A DNA stretch of 64,000 bases from a virus (IMGVR_UViG_3300047283_000054), one strand, 5' to 3'. Positions 52,840 through 61,304 are shown, counted from the first letter of the stretch. Notes: a model not told the origin generated them from the letters alone. Numbers and translations: made by a program.

Positions 52840-53584
52840 TAACATCGTCAAATTTAGAATACTTCATATTATAAATCATTTAGTAGCACTATATGGTTTG
52901 TATTTAATTGCCAATGGAGACGATTTTAGTTGGTTGTGGTTAACTTTAATAGCATTTTTATGGACTGGTATTGTAGGTGTTAATGTGTCACTACATCGTT
53001 ACTATAGTCATAAATCATTTAAGACACCTAAGTGGAAAGAACGCATACTATTATGGTCTAGTATACCTACAAGTTTAGGAAGTCCTGCAATGTGGTGTAG
53101 CGTACATAGAATGCATCATAGTCATAGTGATACCGAGCGTGATCCACACAATCCTGAATATGGTAAATTGAAAACATGGTTTGGTATATGGAAAACAATG
53201 GCTATTCCGAAACGATTTGTAGCTCCGTTCTTAAAAACTAGTGAATTAAAGTTTGTACATAACTATTACTTCTTATTAAATTATATCATATTGATTGGTT
53301 TAGCGTTGATAGATATTAGACTAGCGGCTTGTGTTTATGCAATACCTGCCGTAGGTTGTTTTCATGGAGCACAATCAATAGGTGTGTTACCGCACTTATG
53401 GGGTTATAGAAGATATAACGCTAGTGATAAAAGTCACAACAATTGGTTAGCAAGTATATTAGCATTAGGCGAAGGTTGGCATAACAATCACCATGCCAAT
53501 CCCGGCAGATGGTGGCAAGGAGAAACTTGGTGGGAAATTGACCCTCCTGCGTTTATGATTAAGTATTTCTTTAAACATGACTAA
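52826..53584 (+). CDS. Membrane fatty acid desaturase-like 2
   Basis: HRYYSH, HRMHH, GEGWHNNHH. Confidence 0.87.
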   Translation: MFRLNNIVKFRILHIINHLVALYGLYLIANGDDFSWLWLTLIAFLWTGIVGVNVSLHRYYSHKSFKTPKWKERILLWSSIPTSLGSPAMWCSVHRMHHSHSDTERDPHNPEYGKLKTWFGIWKTMAIPKRFVAPFLKTSELKFVHNYYFLLNYIILIGLALIDIRLAACVYAIPAVGCFHGAQSIGVLPHLWGYRRYNASDKSHNNWLASILALGEGWHNNHHANPGRWWQGETWWEIDPPAFMIKYFFKHD

Positions 53585-54308
53585 TGTGCCTGACACGTTA
53601 AAATATTTGTTAAAGGTTAATTTGCCAGTATTATTAATAGGCATTTTTATACCGTTTCTAGTAGATTTAACTTTTTCATCATTGATATGTTTTGTAATTT
53701 TTTACACACTGATATATCTTGTGGCAGGAAACATCTATCATAGATATTGGTCACACAAACAATTCTCAGCTAATGAAATTTTTATAAAAATTACAAGTGT
53801 TTTAGGATTGTTTATAATGGTTGGTGATCCTATCTCTTACTCAAAGAGTCATAGATACCATCACGCACACAGTGATACAGATAAAGATATACATAGCCCT
53901 ATACATGGTGTATTTCATTCATTAATTGGATGGATGTTTGTTAAACATAGTTTACCTTTATTTCTAGTACGTGATTTAGTTACTGATTCAAAGAATAGAT
54001 ATCTAGCAACGTTAGCTAAACATCAAATAAAAATTATATGGTTGGGTATCATTCTATGTTATGTAATCAACATACATTTATTTGTGGGATTGATATATTC
54101 AATGATATTGGGATTTGTAATGGAGATGCTTACTAATGCTTTTGCACACGATGGTATAGAAAAAACTGCGATTGATAACTATCTAATAGCATTGATTAGC
54201 TTTACTCAATTACATAAAGAACATCATATTAATCCATCTTCTACAAACAAAGATATGGGTAGGTTTTTGTTTTTGTTTTTAGAAAAATTTAAATTAATTT
54301 CGAGGTGA
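53577..54308 (+). CDS. Membrane desaturase-like 3 (divergent)
   Basis: HRYWSH, HRYHH, atypical third box HKEHH; shortened C-terminus. Confidence 0.75.
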   Translation: MTNVPDTLKYLLKVNLPVLLIGIFIPFLVDLTFSSLICFVIFYTLIYLVAGNIYHRYWSHKQFSANEIFIKITSVLGLFIMVGDPISYSKSHRYHHAHSDTDKDIHSPIHGVFHSLIGWMFVKHSLPLFLVRDLVTDSKNRYLATLAKHQIKIIWLGIILCYVINIHLFVGLIYSMILGFVMEMLTNAFAHDGIEKTAIDNYLIALISFTQLHKEHHINPSSTNKDMGRFLFLFLEKFKLISR

Positions 54309-54310
54309 AT

Positions 54311-55087
54311 ATGAATTGGTACTTTTATAAAATATGGATTCCATTGCAAATAGCAACAGTATTGTCAATCGTTGCAGTTTGTATGGGATATGTTTCTCTT
54401 AATTGGTATGTTATATTTTTAGCATTCTTTTTAGTGGGTCCAATTGGCACTGGCGTAGGATATCATCGATTGTTTAGTCATAGACAATTTGAAACTTGGA
54501 AGCCTCTAGAATATATTATTGCAATATTGGGAACTCTTGCCGCTTATGCACCTGTATTATTTTGGGCATCACAGCACGTATACCATCATAGACATTCTGA
54601 CGAGCCCGGAGACCCTAGTAGTCCAAAACAATATGGATTCTTTGAAAGCTTTTTAATGTGGAGAATGCGTAAGAAAACACTACGAAAGATTAGTCTTAAA
54701 AATTATCCTATAATGAGAATGATGAAAGATCCGTTCTTAATGTTTATGAGTAATCATTTTACAATGATAATTTATACTTATGCAATAATATTGCTATTAA
54801 TTGATCCGTTCTGGTTTGTAAACCTGTTTATTATCCCTGCCGCATTAGAACATTTTAGAACTAATGCTATTAGTAGTATGAGTCATTTAAATATCCCATT
54901 AAGCTATCGTAATTTTGAGACTAAGGACAACAGTCACAATAATATTATAATAGGCTGGTTAAGCTTTGGCTTTGGCTGGCACAATAACCATCATCACAAT
55001 CAGCGTGAATTAGTGAACACTCATCGTTGGTATGAAGTGGATATTGAGGGATTGATTGGTAAATTAATATCTAAACCAGTTAAGTAA
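54311..55087 (+). CDS. Membrane fatty acid desaturase-like 4
   Basis: HRLFSH, HVYHH, GWHNNHH. Confidence 0.85.
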   Translation: MNWYFYKIWIPLQIATVLSIVAVCMGYVSLNWYVIFLAFFLVGPIGTGVGYHRLFSHRQFETWKPLEYIIAILGTLAAYAPVLFWASQHVYHHRHSDEPGDPSSPKQYGFFESFLMWRMRKKTLRKISLKNYPIMRMMKDPFLMFMSNHFTMIIYTYAIILLLIDPFWFVNLFIIPAALEHFRTNAISSMSHLNIPLSYRNFETKDNSHNNIIIGWLSFGFGWHNNHHHNQRELVNTHRWYEVDIEGLIGKLISKPVK

Positions 55088-55091
55088 TGTT

Positions 55092-55949
55092 ATGTTTATT
55101 ACACAAGAAGGAAGACTGCCTTTCCCCAAAGTTGATCCTATTCGCTTACCTCAAGTTATCAGTTTAGCTAAAAGTTATTTAAGTGAATCAACATTGTCTA
55201 ATGATATTACGTATGTTAAACAAACAATGCGTGAGTTAGAACAAACGTACAGAGACTGGTTTAGTCCTGTAATTGACACTAGTATATTTCCATATATGTA
55301 TTTTACTAACAATGGAATAACACAAGGTCTAGAGTTCATGGCTATTCATTATAGAAAGCATAACATTAAATTACTTCAGGGTGATTACTTTTGGTTAAAG
55401 ATTTGTAATGCGGCGACAGAATTAAATCAGGTCGAGCAATGTGATATTAGCTATTCATCTACACCGAGTGCAATAGACGGTAATATGAGTGAAGTAGTAT
55501 GGCCTAGTAGTCATCACATACTTGACGGTGCATATGTAGGGACTACTACAACTAAAGCATTTATACCGAGTAATACTGAGGTGTTGTTATTAGGATTTGG
55601 AAAGAACTTGGGTTTAGTAGAATTAAGAACCGGGCTTATACTAAGTAAGAAACCTATACAAACATTAGAAGCATTGCACAAAACATTTGGTCACGTGGGT
55701 TTAGTGAATCACGAAGTAATTGGGAAGATATGTAAACAATTACCCATTATAGAATTAGCTACATCACTAAAACAGTCTCAGAAAGTATTTTGTGAGCAAG
55801 TATTAGATATCAAATTGATACCCAGCGACTCGGCTATATTGGCTACAACAACTGATGATATTAAATTTTATAAAAGACCAAACGGCATTGTGCGAATACC
55901 ATTAGGGGAAAGCATTACACACTTTTTACAACAGAGTTCAGTATTATGA
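55092..55949 (+). CDS. PLP-dependent fold-type-I enzyme (aminotransferase-like, minimal)
   Basis: NGITQGL, ILDGAY and FGK-x-x-GL-x-x-LR-x-G (Schiff-base Lys motif). Confidence 0.6.
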   Translation: MFITQEGRLPFPKVDPIRLPQVISLAKSYLSESTLSNDITYVKQTMRELEQTYRDWFSPVIDTSIFPYMYFTNNGITQGLEFMAIHYRKHNIKLLQGDYFWLKICNAATELNQVEQCDISYSSTPSAIDGNMSEVVWPSSHHILDGAYVGTTTTKAFIPSNTEVLLLGFGKNLGLVELRTGLILSKKPIQTLEALHKTFGHVGLVNHEVIGKICKQLPIIELATSLKQSQKVFCEQVLDIKLIPSDSAILATTTDDIKFYKRPNGIVRIPLGESITHFLQQSSVL

Positions 55950-57142
55950 AAAGTATAGTGATAGTCAATCCTAATAGGTATACAGGATATTCATATATTA
56001 CCTATGCTAAAAAATTCTTACCAGAATACAATCTTATAGGATTATGGACTACTATAAACCTACAAACACAATTTAAAAGTTCTGCTACCGTTCATCTTAA
56101 TGAGATGTTAATTGCAGAAGATATGTTATATAATAATTTAGTTGATACTATCAGACTGAAAAATCCTGTGTGTTTTATGGTAGGTGACGATAGTGCATTT
56201 AGTCTAGCAGATAGGCTACAAAATGATTTTTTTCCAAATCATTCAAATGATATCTCATTGTATGAAAAGCGTATTAGCAAAAACAATTATTTAGAATACT
56301 TGTATCAAAAAAACTTAGTAACCACTAAACAATATAACGTTAGTATTGATTCAATTCCTAATTTAGATTTTAGCCAAAAATATATTCTTAAACCTATAAA
56401 CGGTGCCGGTAATGAAAACGTGTTTGTTGTTAAGTCGGTTGATACTATAAAGAATGTTTTAAATACATACACTGACACTTTTGTATTGCAAGAATATATT
56501 GAAGGTGAAGAATACTGTATGGAAATATCTTCTTTTAATGGAATACATAAATGCACCATGGCAAGTATATACAAAGGACAGTACCTAGTAGATGGATTGA
56601 ATCCGTGGCGTGAAGAAAATGAGCTAGTATCACCAGCAGATCCAAATGTAAAAATAATTTACGAATATGTATCTGAAATATTAACTACTTTGGGAATAAG
56701 ATTGGGTATGTCTTGGACACAAGTAAAAATTAATAACGGCATACCGCATTTAATAGAAATCAACTTTAGATCACAAGGACATGGTGTATTTCAATTTATA
56801 CATAAAGCAACTGGATCTAACTATGCATCTGAGTCATTTAAAGCATATTTAAAAAGAGATAGTTTAGACCTACATAATTTAATGTATGAAAAGATAGGCA
56901 ACTGGAATAAAATATGTGTGAATAATATGACCAATCGTTATGTTGAATCAGTTGCCTGGGATGAGTTGTCAGATATCAAATCAGATATACACATACACCA
57001 ATATGCAACGTTACCCAATATAATTCCAGTATCACGTAATTTTAAAACTACTATTGGTATGATTCTTTTACAAAATACTGATACAAATCAATATTTAACT
57101 GATTACCAACGTGTAAAAAATTGGAAGTCAAAAATAGAGTAA
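55946..57142 (+). CDS. ATP-grasp ligase
   Basis: ILKP-x-x-GAG, LQEYIEGEEY and LIEINFR motifs. Confidence 0.8.
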   Translation: MKSIVIVNPNRYTGYSYITYAKKFLPEYNLIGLWTTINLQTQFKSSATVHLNEMLIAEDMLYNNLVDTIRLKNPVCFMVGDDSAFSLADRLQNDFFPNHSNDISLYEKRISKNNYLEYLYQKNLVTTKQYNVSIDSIPNLDFSQKYILKPINGAGNENVFVVKSVDTIKNVLNTYTDTFVLQEYIEGEEYCMEISSFNGIHKCTMASIYKGQYLVDGLNPWREENELVSPADPNVKIIYEYVSEILTTLGIRLGMSWTQVKINNGIPHLIEINFRSQGHGVFQFIHKATGSNYASESFKAYLKRDSLDLHNLMYEKIGNWNKICVNNMTNRYVESVAWDELSDIKSDIHIHQYATLPNIIPVSRNFKTTIGMILLQNTDTNQYLTDYQRVKNWKSKIE

Positions 57143-57164
57143 TAAATAAATTATAAGGAATAAT

Positions 57165-57815
57165 ATGTTAATTTCAAATGAACCAAATGTTGTGATAGAT
57201 AGAACTGATAGTATGTATCCTTGCGTTTTGCATAAGATAACCAATGGAAAATTTGAAGTTCCGACAAATGCAACAGTATATGGATTTGTACTAGAAGGAC
57301 ACGCAATTATATCCGATACAAAAACAATTGAAGAACATGAATTTTTTTCTATCAACTCACATTATAAAAGTAAGACCATAATATTTAATGGAGTAGGTGC
57401 TGTTATTGTAAAATATGGATTCCATGGACAAAATGTATTTGGTGGTCCTGTTGAGAAGCAAGGACGATTATGTTATATCAATCATTGCTCTGATTCATTG
57501 TTAGTATATCCACCTAGAATGGGTGATCCTAGTATGAGTCTATTACATTTTCCTGAGAACATTATACAAGATTTCCACACACATCCTAGCTTTAGATTAG
57601 GTATTATCTTTCGAGGAAAAGGATATGCTGAGTCCAAAACTAACAAATATGATTTATCCCCCGGTGCTGTATTTTGCATGGAAGAACAAGAGGTGCATCG
57701 ATTTGTAACAGAAAATTCTTTGTTAAGCGTTATCAGTTTTCATCCAGACGGAGATTGGGGACCAACAGACCATGATCATACCCTATTAAATAGAACATAT
57801 TTAAAAATGAAATGA
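57165..57815 (+). CDS. Cupin-domain protein
   Basis: Q-x-FHTHPS-x-R-x-G...EVHRF cupin motif. Confidence 0.7.
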   Translation: MLISNEPNVVIDRTDSMYPCVLHKITNGKFEVPTNATVYGFVLEGHAIISDTKTIEEHEFFSINSHYKSKTIIFNGVGAVIVKYGFHGQNVFGGPVEKQGRLCYINHCSDSLLVYPPRMGDPSMSLLHFPENIIQDFHTHPSFRLGIIFRGKGYAESKTNKYDLSPGAVFCMEEQEVHRFVTENSLLSVISFHPDGDWGPTDHDHTLLNRTYLKMK

Positions 57816-58399
57816 TTGAATACGTTTATCTAACTGATAGTGATATACCAAAGTTAGTTGATTTTTTTACAAAATCTACTACGTCAGAAAGAGCAGCCGA
57901 ATGGATGATACAAAGTCTAACTAATCAGTCATCTGATATTGTTATTGCGGCTGAAATAGTAAATGATAATATAAATGGAATTGTGTGTGGATGTACTCTA
58001 TCATATTGGATTAACGCTAAAACTAACTTTTTACCAATCTGGTTAGCAATACGTATGGATAGATTAACATCATCACCTACAAGCTTTGGTAGCTTCATAA
58101 AAATCACATCTAGGATGTTAACTAGTTTTTTTGAAAAGAAAAATTGTTTCCAACACTATATTATTCGCCGACTTCCTAAAAAAGATATGGATTTGCCTAG
58201 ACTACAGGAAGTAGTAAACAAATCTTGGGGGTTTTATCCGTACATTGCCACAGTAGAATCAGTAATTAAATCTAATGAGGATCTTGAAAAATCATGTAGT
58301 TTGTTTAAGACAATGATTAATACGTATCAATCACCAGTCGTTGTGTTATCATTAAATATCGATAACGCTACTAGAGAAAAACGATTATTCAGTAATTAA
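57812..58399 (+). CDS. Hypothetical protein
   Basis: 195 aa, ATGA-coupled last gene of the cluster. Confidence 0.5.
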   Translation: MIEYVYLTDSDIPKLVDFFTKSTTSERAAEWMIQSLTNQSSDIVIAAEIVNDNINGIVCGCTLSYWINAKTNFLPIWLAIRMDRLTSSPTSFGSFIKITSRMLTSFFEKKNCFQHYIIRRLPKKDMDLPRLQEVVNKSWGFYPYIATVESVIKSNEDLEKSCSLFKTMINTYQSPVVVLSLNIDNATREKRLFSN

Positions 58400-58810
58400 T
58401 GCATTTACCGCATCATATGAAGTTGACTTGTCGATTATATCAATTATCATATCATCGTCAGTAAAAATTTTTACTGTTCTTGTTAAATTAAACATTGTAA
58501 TCAAAGCGTTTCTTTCGGCTTCGGATTCATCGGACAATGCTTTATATGTGTTGAACTCCTCGTCGCTGACGAATACTCTCGAATTTATGATATTCCCGTC
58601 CGCATCTTCTACATTACTGTTAATTAAAAAGTATATGGCAGGCGAGTTATTAATTAATTTTTCAACATATGCTAAAAATGCAGTGTATTCTACTAGTGTG
58701 AAGCCGGTTGGTAAATTTGTTTCAGAATATAAATTAACAAAGTTTAGTGTGTTTGGCCACGGAATGCTATCTGGGGCATTTTTTTGCCATTTGGTTAAAA
58801 CCGCTATCAT
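58385..58810 (-). CDS. Hypothetical protein
   Basis: TAAATA (58838-58833) and SD AGGAG precede the ATG at 58810. Confidence 0.6.
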   Translation of the reverse strand: MIAVLTKWQKNAPDSIPWPNTLNFVNLYSETNLPTGFTLVEYTAFLAYVEKLINNSPAIYFLINSNVEDADGNIINSRVFVSDEEFNTYKALSDESEAERNALITMFNLTRTVKIFTDDDMIIDIIDKSTSYDAVNALITE

Positions 58811-58893
58811 ACAAATTCTCCTATTATTACTATATTTATGCCCGTTACAATTATACAAGTAATAGTATTTGGGTAAACAACCTAAAAAAATTG

Positions 58894-58922
58894 TTGACTT
58901 TAATTCAAATCAGTGTTATACT
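58894..58922 (+). promoter_or_regulatory. Sigma70 promoter upstream of the leader ORF
   Basis: TTGACT-17-TATACT. Confidence 0.7.
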
Positions 58923-58998
58923 TCAGTCTGAATTGAGAAAAGGTGTGAAAAACATCTGTTATTTGCACTAATTTACAACCAGGACTAAATAAAAGACT

Positions 58999-59136
58999 AT
59001 GATGAATAAAACTTGTAATTTGCTGAAACATTTGGGACAATGGCAGTCATTAGCCAGTGTATCCTTTGTACCAGCATATCCAACAAGTATTCGCGGCTCA
59101 AATGATAACCAAGAACGAGGCCCGGGGACTAGGTAA
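58999..59136 (+). CDS. Putative attenuator leader peptide, 45 aa, all 20 amino acids
   Basis: MMNKTCNLLKHLGQWQSLASVSFVPAYPTSIRGSNDNQERGPGTR*; ATG 7 nt after CTAAATA; not in the ORF track. Confidence 0.6.
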   Translation: MMNKTCNLLKHLGQWQSLASVSFVPAYPTSIRGSNDNQERGPGTR

Positions 59137-59205
59137 CAAGTTAACATCATAACTAAATTTATCTAACCCCTGGGAAACTAAAAAGTCTCAGGGGTTTTTG
59201 CTTTT
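59121..59205 (+). terminator. Intrinsic terminator with overlapping alternative antiterminator
   Basis: Terminator stem 59165-59175/59186-59196 plus U-tract; alternative pairing 59121-59136 with 59159-59174. Confidence 0.75.
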
Positions 59206-59227
59206 ACATAGAGGAATTTGACAATAA

Positions 59228-59395
59228 ATGGATAAAGAGATACAATACAAAACTTCTGAAACAAAACGTGATTGGTTTAGCAATCACGTTCTGACGAAGG
59301 AGCAAGTAGCACAGTTGATAGAAAATAAATTTGAACGTGCTAGAGTCCATCATGAGGCTGTTAAGAAAGTTAACCAACTGACTTACACTGATTGA
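59228..59395 (+). CDS. Small hypothetical protein (55 aa)
   Basis: MDKEIQYKTSETKRDWFSNHVLTKEQVAQLIENKFERARVHHEAVKKVNQLTYTD*; GAGG upstream; first ORF after the terminator. Confidence 0.45.
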   Translation: MDKEIQYKTSETKRDWFSNHVLTKEQVAQLIENKFERARVHHEAVKKVNQLTYTD

Positions 59396-59399
59396 TGAC

Positions 59400-59545
59400 A
59401 GCGTGAATAGGCAACGAGAGCCGTAATACAGCGCAAAATGTATAGAATGGGCGGACAGTAGGATGAAATCTATGGCGAGAACATAGAAAATAAAATCACT
59501 GGGTAGGGTATCGATCCTATCATGTCGTGTAGTAATACACGGCAT
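59400..59545 (+). ncRNA. Putative structured small RNA
   Basis: ORF-free series of hairpins, e.g. tctatg/cataga nested in cagt/actg, and atgtcgtgta-GTAA-tacacggcat. Confidence 0.4.
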
Positions 59546-59616
59546 TCTAAAACACACTATGGATAAACAGTACCCTGACCCTTCTGACGGGTTAAGCCTA
59601 GTGTGTTTTAGAATGC
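59542..59616 (+). repeat. Perfect 18-bp inverted repeat enclosing 39 nt
   Basis: gcattctaaaacacacta / tagtgtgttttagaatgc. Confidence 0.85.
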
Positions 59617-59691
59617 GACCTTAGCTCAGATGGATAGAGCACCAGGCTACGAACTTGGGGGTCAGGAGTTCGACTCTCTTAGGTCGCACCA
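59615..59691 (+). tRNA. tRNA-Arg(ACG)
   Basis: Cloverleaf; loop CTACGAA; encoded CCA. Confidence 0.93.
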
Positions 59692-59743
59692 AGATTTGAC
59701 AATAATTAATTTGTCTGATACAATACATTTTTAAGGAAACGAT

Positions 59744-59764
59744 ATGAAACGCAGTAAGCGATAG
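59744..59764 (+). CDS. Minigene MKRSKR* followed by hairpin/pseudoknot
   Basis: Own sigma70 promoter, SD AAGGA, ATG AAA CGC AGT AAG CGA TAG. Confidence 0.5.
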   Translation: MKRSKR

Positions 59765-59823
59765 TGTCGTCATAGACTTCCGTAGGTCTATGATTGGCAC
59801 GTAAAATCAAACATACGACTTAT

Positions 59824-59899
59824 GGAAGCATAACTCAATGGCTAGAGTAACCGGCTTTTAACCGGTAAGTTGTGGGTTCGAGTCCCACTGCTTCTACCA
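59824..59899 (+). tRNA. tRNA-Lys(TTT)
   Basis: accgg-CTTTTAA-ccggt; CCA. Confidence 0.92.
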
Positions 59900-59976
59900 T
59901 ATAAAAACATATTTGACTAAACTCGGGTTCATCCGTGATGGCATTGCTACTATATCAAGTGTGTTTTTCTATGGTA
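59895..59976 (+). repeat. 22-bp imperfect inverted repeat enclosing 38 nt
   Basis: taccatataaaaacatatttga / tcaagtgtgtttttctatggta (one mismatch, two G-U pairs). Confidence 0.8.
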
Positions 59977-59993
59977 TAGATTAAATAATATCT

Positions 59994-60179
59994 ATGATAG
60001 TTCAAAGTGTAACCTCAGTGAACGATATGGTTAATCACCAGTATCGTACCACGGTTTACAGTCAGTTAGTAGATCCTACAACTAATAAGAAAATTATTGA
60101 AGTTGTACAGTATCTTTATAACAAAGTAGGAGAGTTAGAGCCTACTCATCATAGTACTCAAGTAGACAAAAAAGCATAA
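59994..60179 (+). CDS. Small hypothetical protein (61 aa)
   Basis: ATG 6 nt after TAAATA. Confidence 0.55.
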   Translation: MIVQSVTSVNDMVNHQYRTTVYSQLVDPTTNKKIIEVVQYLYNKVGELEPTHHSTQVDKKA

Positions 60180-60180
60180 C

Positions 60181-60268
60181 GGAAGATTGGCAGAGTGGCC
60201 GATTGCGTCAGTCTTGAAAACTGAAGGCTCGAAAGGGCCCGTGAGTTCGAATCTCACATCTTCCTCCA
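60181..60268 (+). tRNA. tRNA-Ser(TGA)
   Basis: tcagt-CTTGAAA-actga; long variable arm; CCA. Confidence 0.92.
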
Positions 60269-60274
60269 ACATAT

Positions 60275-60351
60275 GGTGCTTGTCGTCAAGCGGTTAAGAC
60301 CTCGGATTGTGATTCCGATATACGTGGGTTCGAATCCCATCAAGCACCCCA
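60275..60351 (+). tRNA. tRNA-His(GTG)
   Basis: Loop TTGTGAT; G-1:C73; CCA. Confidence 0.93.
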
Positions 60352-60357
60352 AGTAAT

Positions 60358-60436
60358 GCCCCTGTAGACAAATAGGAAAAGTCGGTTCTTCAAGAGAGAG
60401 CGCCAGTTGTCGGTTCAAACCCGATCAGGGGTACCA
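60358..60436 (+). tRNA. Atypical tRNA, probably Leu (AAG or shifted CAA)
   Basis: Good acceptor, D and T arms; anticodon arm gttct-TCAAGAG-agagc lacks U33; short variable region. Confidence 0.6.
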
Positions 60437-60511
60437 GGATGTATAGCACAGCGGTAGTGCAATTCCTTCATACGGAATAGGTCAGTAGTTCAAATCTACT
60501 TACATCCACCA
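60437..60511 (+). tRNA. tRNA-Met/Ile2(CAT)
   Basis: attcc-TTCATAC-ggaat; abuts the previous tRNA with no spacer. Confidence 0.88.
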
Positions 60512-60515
60512 TTAT

Positions 60516-60592
60516 AGCCTCATAGCTCAGTTGGTTAGAGCACCGTCTTGATAAGGCGGGGGTCCTGTGTTCGAGTCACAGTGAGGCTACCA
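60516..60592 (+). tRNA. tRNA-Ile(GAT)
   Basis: ccgtc-TTGATAA-ggcgg; CCA. Confidence 0.92.
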
Positions 60593-60612
60593 CATATTTA
60601 AAGGAGACAATA

Positions 60613-60702
60613 ATGAATTGGAATCAATCAGTAGAACAACATAAACAAGAAATTGAAGCTTGGACATCTTTGTGCAATGAGTACAAGGAGTCTCTTTATT
60701 AA
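60613..60702 (+). CDS. Small ORF, 29 aa
   Basis: Strong SD AAGGAG; MNWNQSVEQHKQEIEAWTSLCNEYKESLY*. Confidence 0.45.
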   Translation: MNWNQSVEQHKQEIEAWTSLCNEYKESLY

Positions 60703-60711
60703 AGATAAAAT

Positions 60712-60789
60712 ACCCCCTTCGCCAAGTTGGTCTAAGGCATCGGATTTTGATTCCGACACTCCGAGGTTCGAATCCTTGAGGGGGTGCCA
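60712..60789 (+). tRNA. tRNA-Gln(TTG)
   Basis: tcgga-TTTTGAT-tccga; CCA. Confidence 0.9.
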
Positions 60790-61304
60790 ATATCATCAAA
60801 TACTAATAAATAAAGTGGTGAGTTTGAGTTGTTTTTATAATAATGTATACTTTTTAAAGGGAAGTCTATAATAGAATTAGAAATCTGATTTACGTCAATA
60901 ATTCTATTTTCAAAGAAAATTTCAACATTAGTATCTATATCTAAGTAAATCTGATATCGGTGTATTAATTTATTTGATCGCACAAATGGGATGTTTGCAT
61001 CAGTATGTGCATTTATCTTTTCCCCAGGTAATAGTCGGTGCCAATATACACGTCCTATTGCATTATTACCCGTAATACTTTTTAGAATATTTTTAGTTTT
61101 TGAAAAAAAATCCCATTTTTTACTTGTAACAACTAATTCGTTATTACACCATTGTAGATATATTGACTTTCCTTCTTTCAAAGAAGTTAAATTTAAATCA
61201 GTAGCATGGTTATGCCACAACAAATTATTGTTTACTAATTCTTCTTTTAAGTCAACTATTTCTAGGGATGTTAATTTTCTAATTAAAATTGAGTCATAAT
61301 ACAT
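60732..61304 (-). CDS. Aspartyl/asparaginyl beta-hydroxylase-like 2OG-Fe(II) oxygenase
   Basis: L-x-PG-x-x-I-x-x-HTD...R-x-x-I-x-L...H-x-x-x-N-x-S...LVFD; TAAATA 4 nt before the ATG. Confidence 0.7.
   Translation of the reverse strand: MYYDSILIRKLTSLEIVDLKEELVNNNLLWHNHATDLNLTSLKEGKSIYLQWCNNELVVTSKKWDFFSKTKNILKSITGNNAIGRVYWHRLLPGEKINAHTDANIPFVRSNKLIHRYQIYLDIDTNVEIFFENRIIDVNQISNSIIDFPLKSIHYYKNNSNSPLYLLVFDDIGTPSRIRTSECRNQNPMP

Noticed and set aside
58428-59557. ORF-track calls 58428-58862(+), 58747-58971(+), 58968-59150(-), 59204-59557(-)
   Set aside because: They overlap better-supported genes or regulatory elements and lack start signals.
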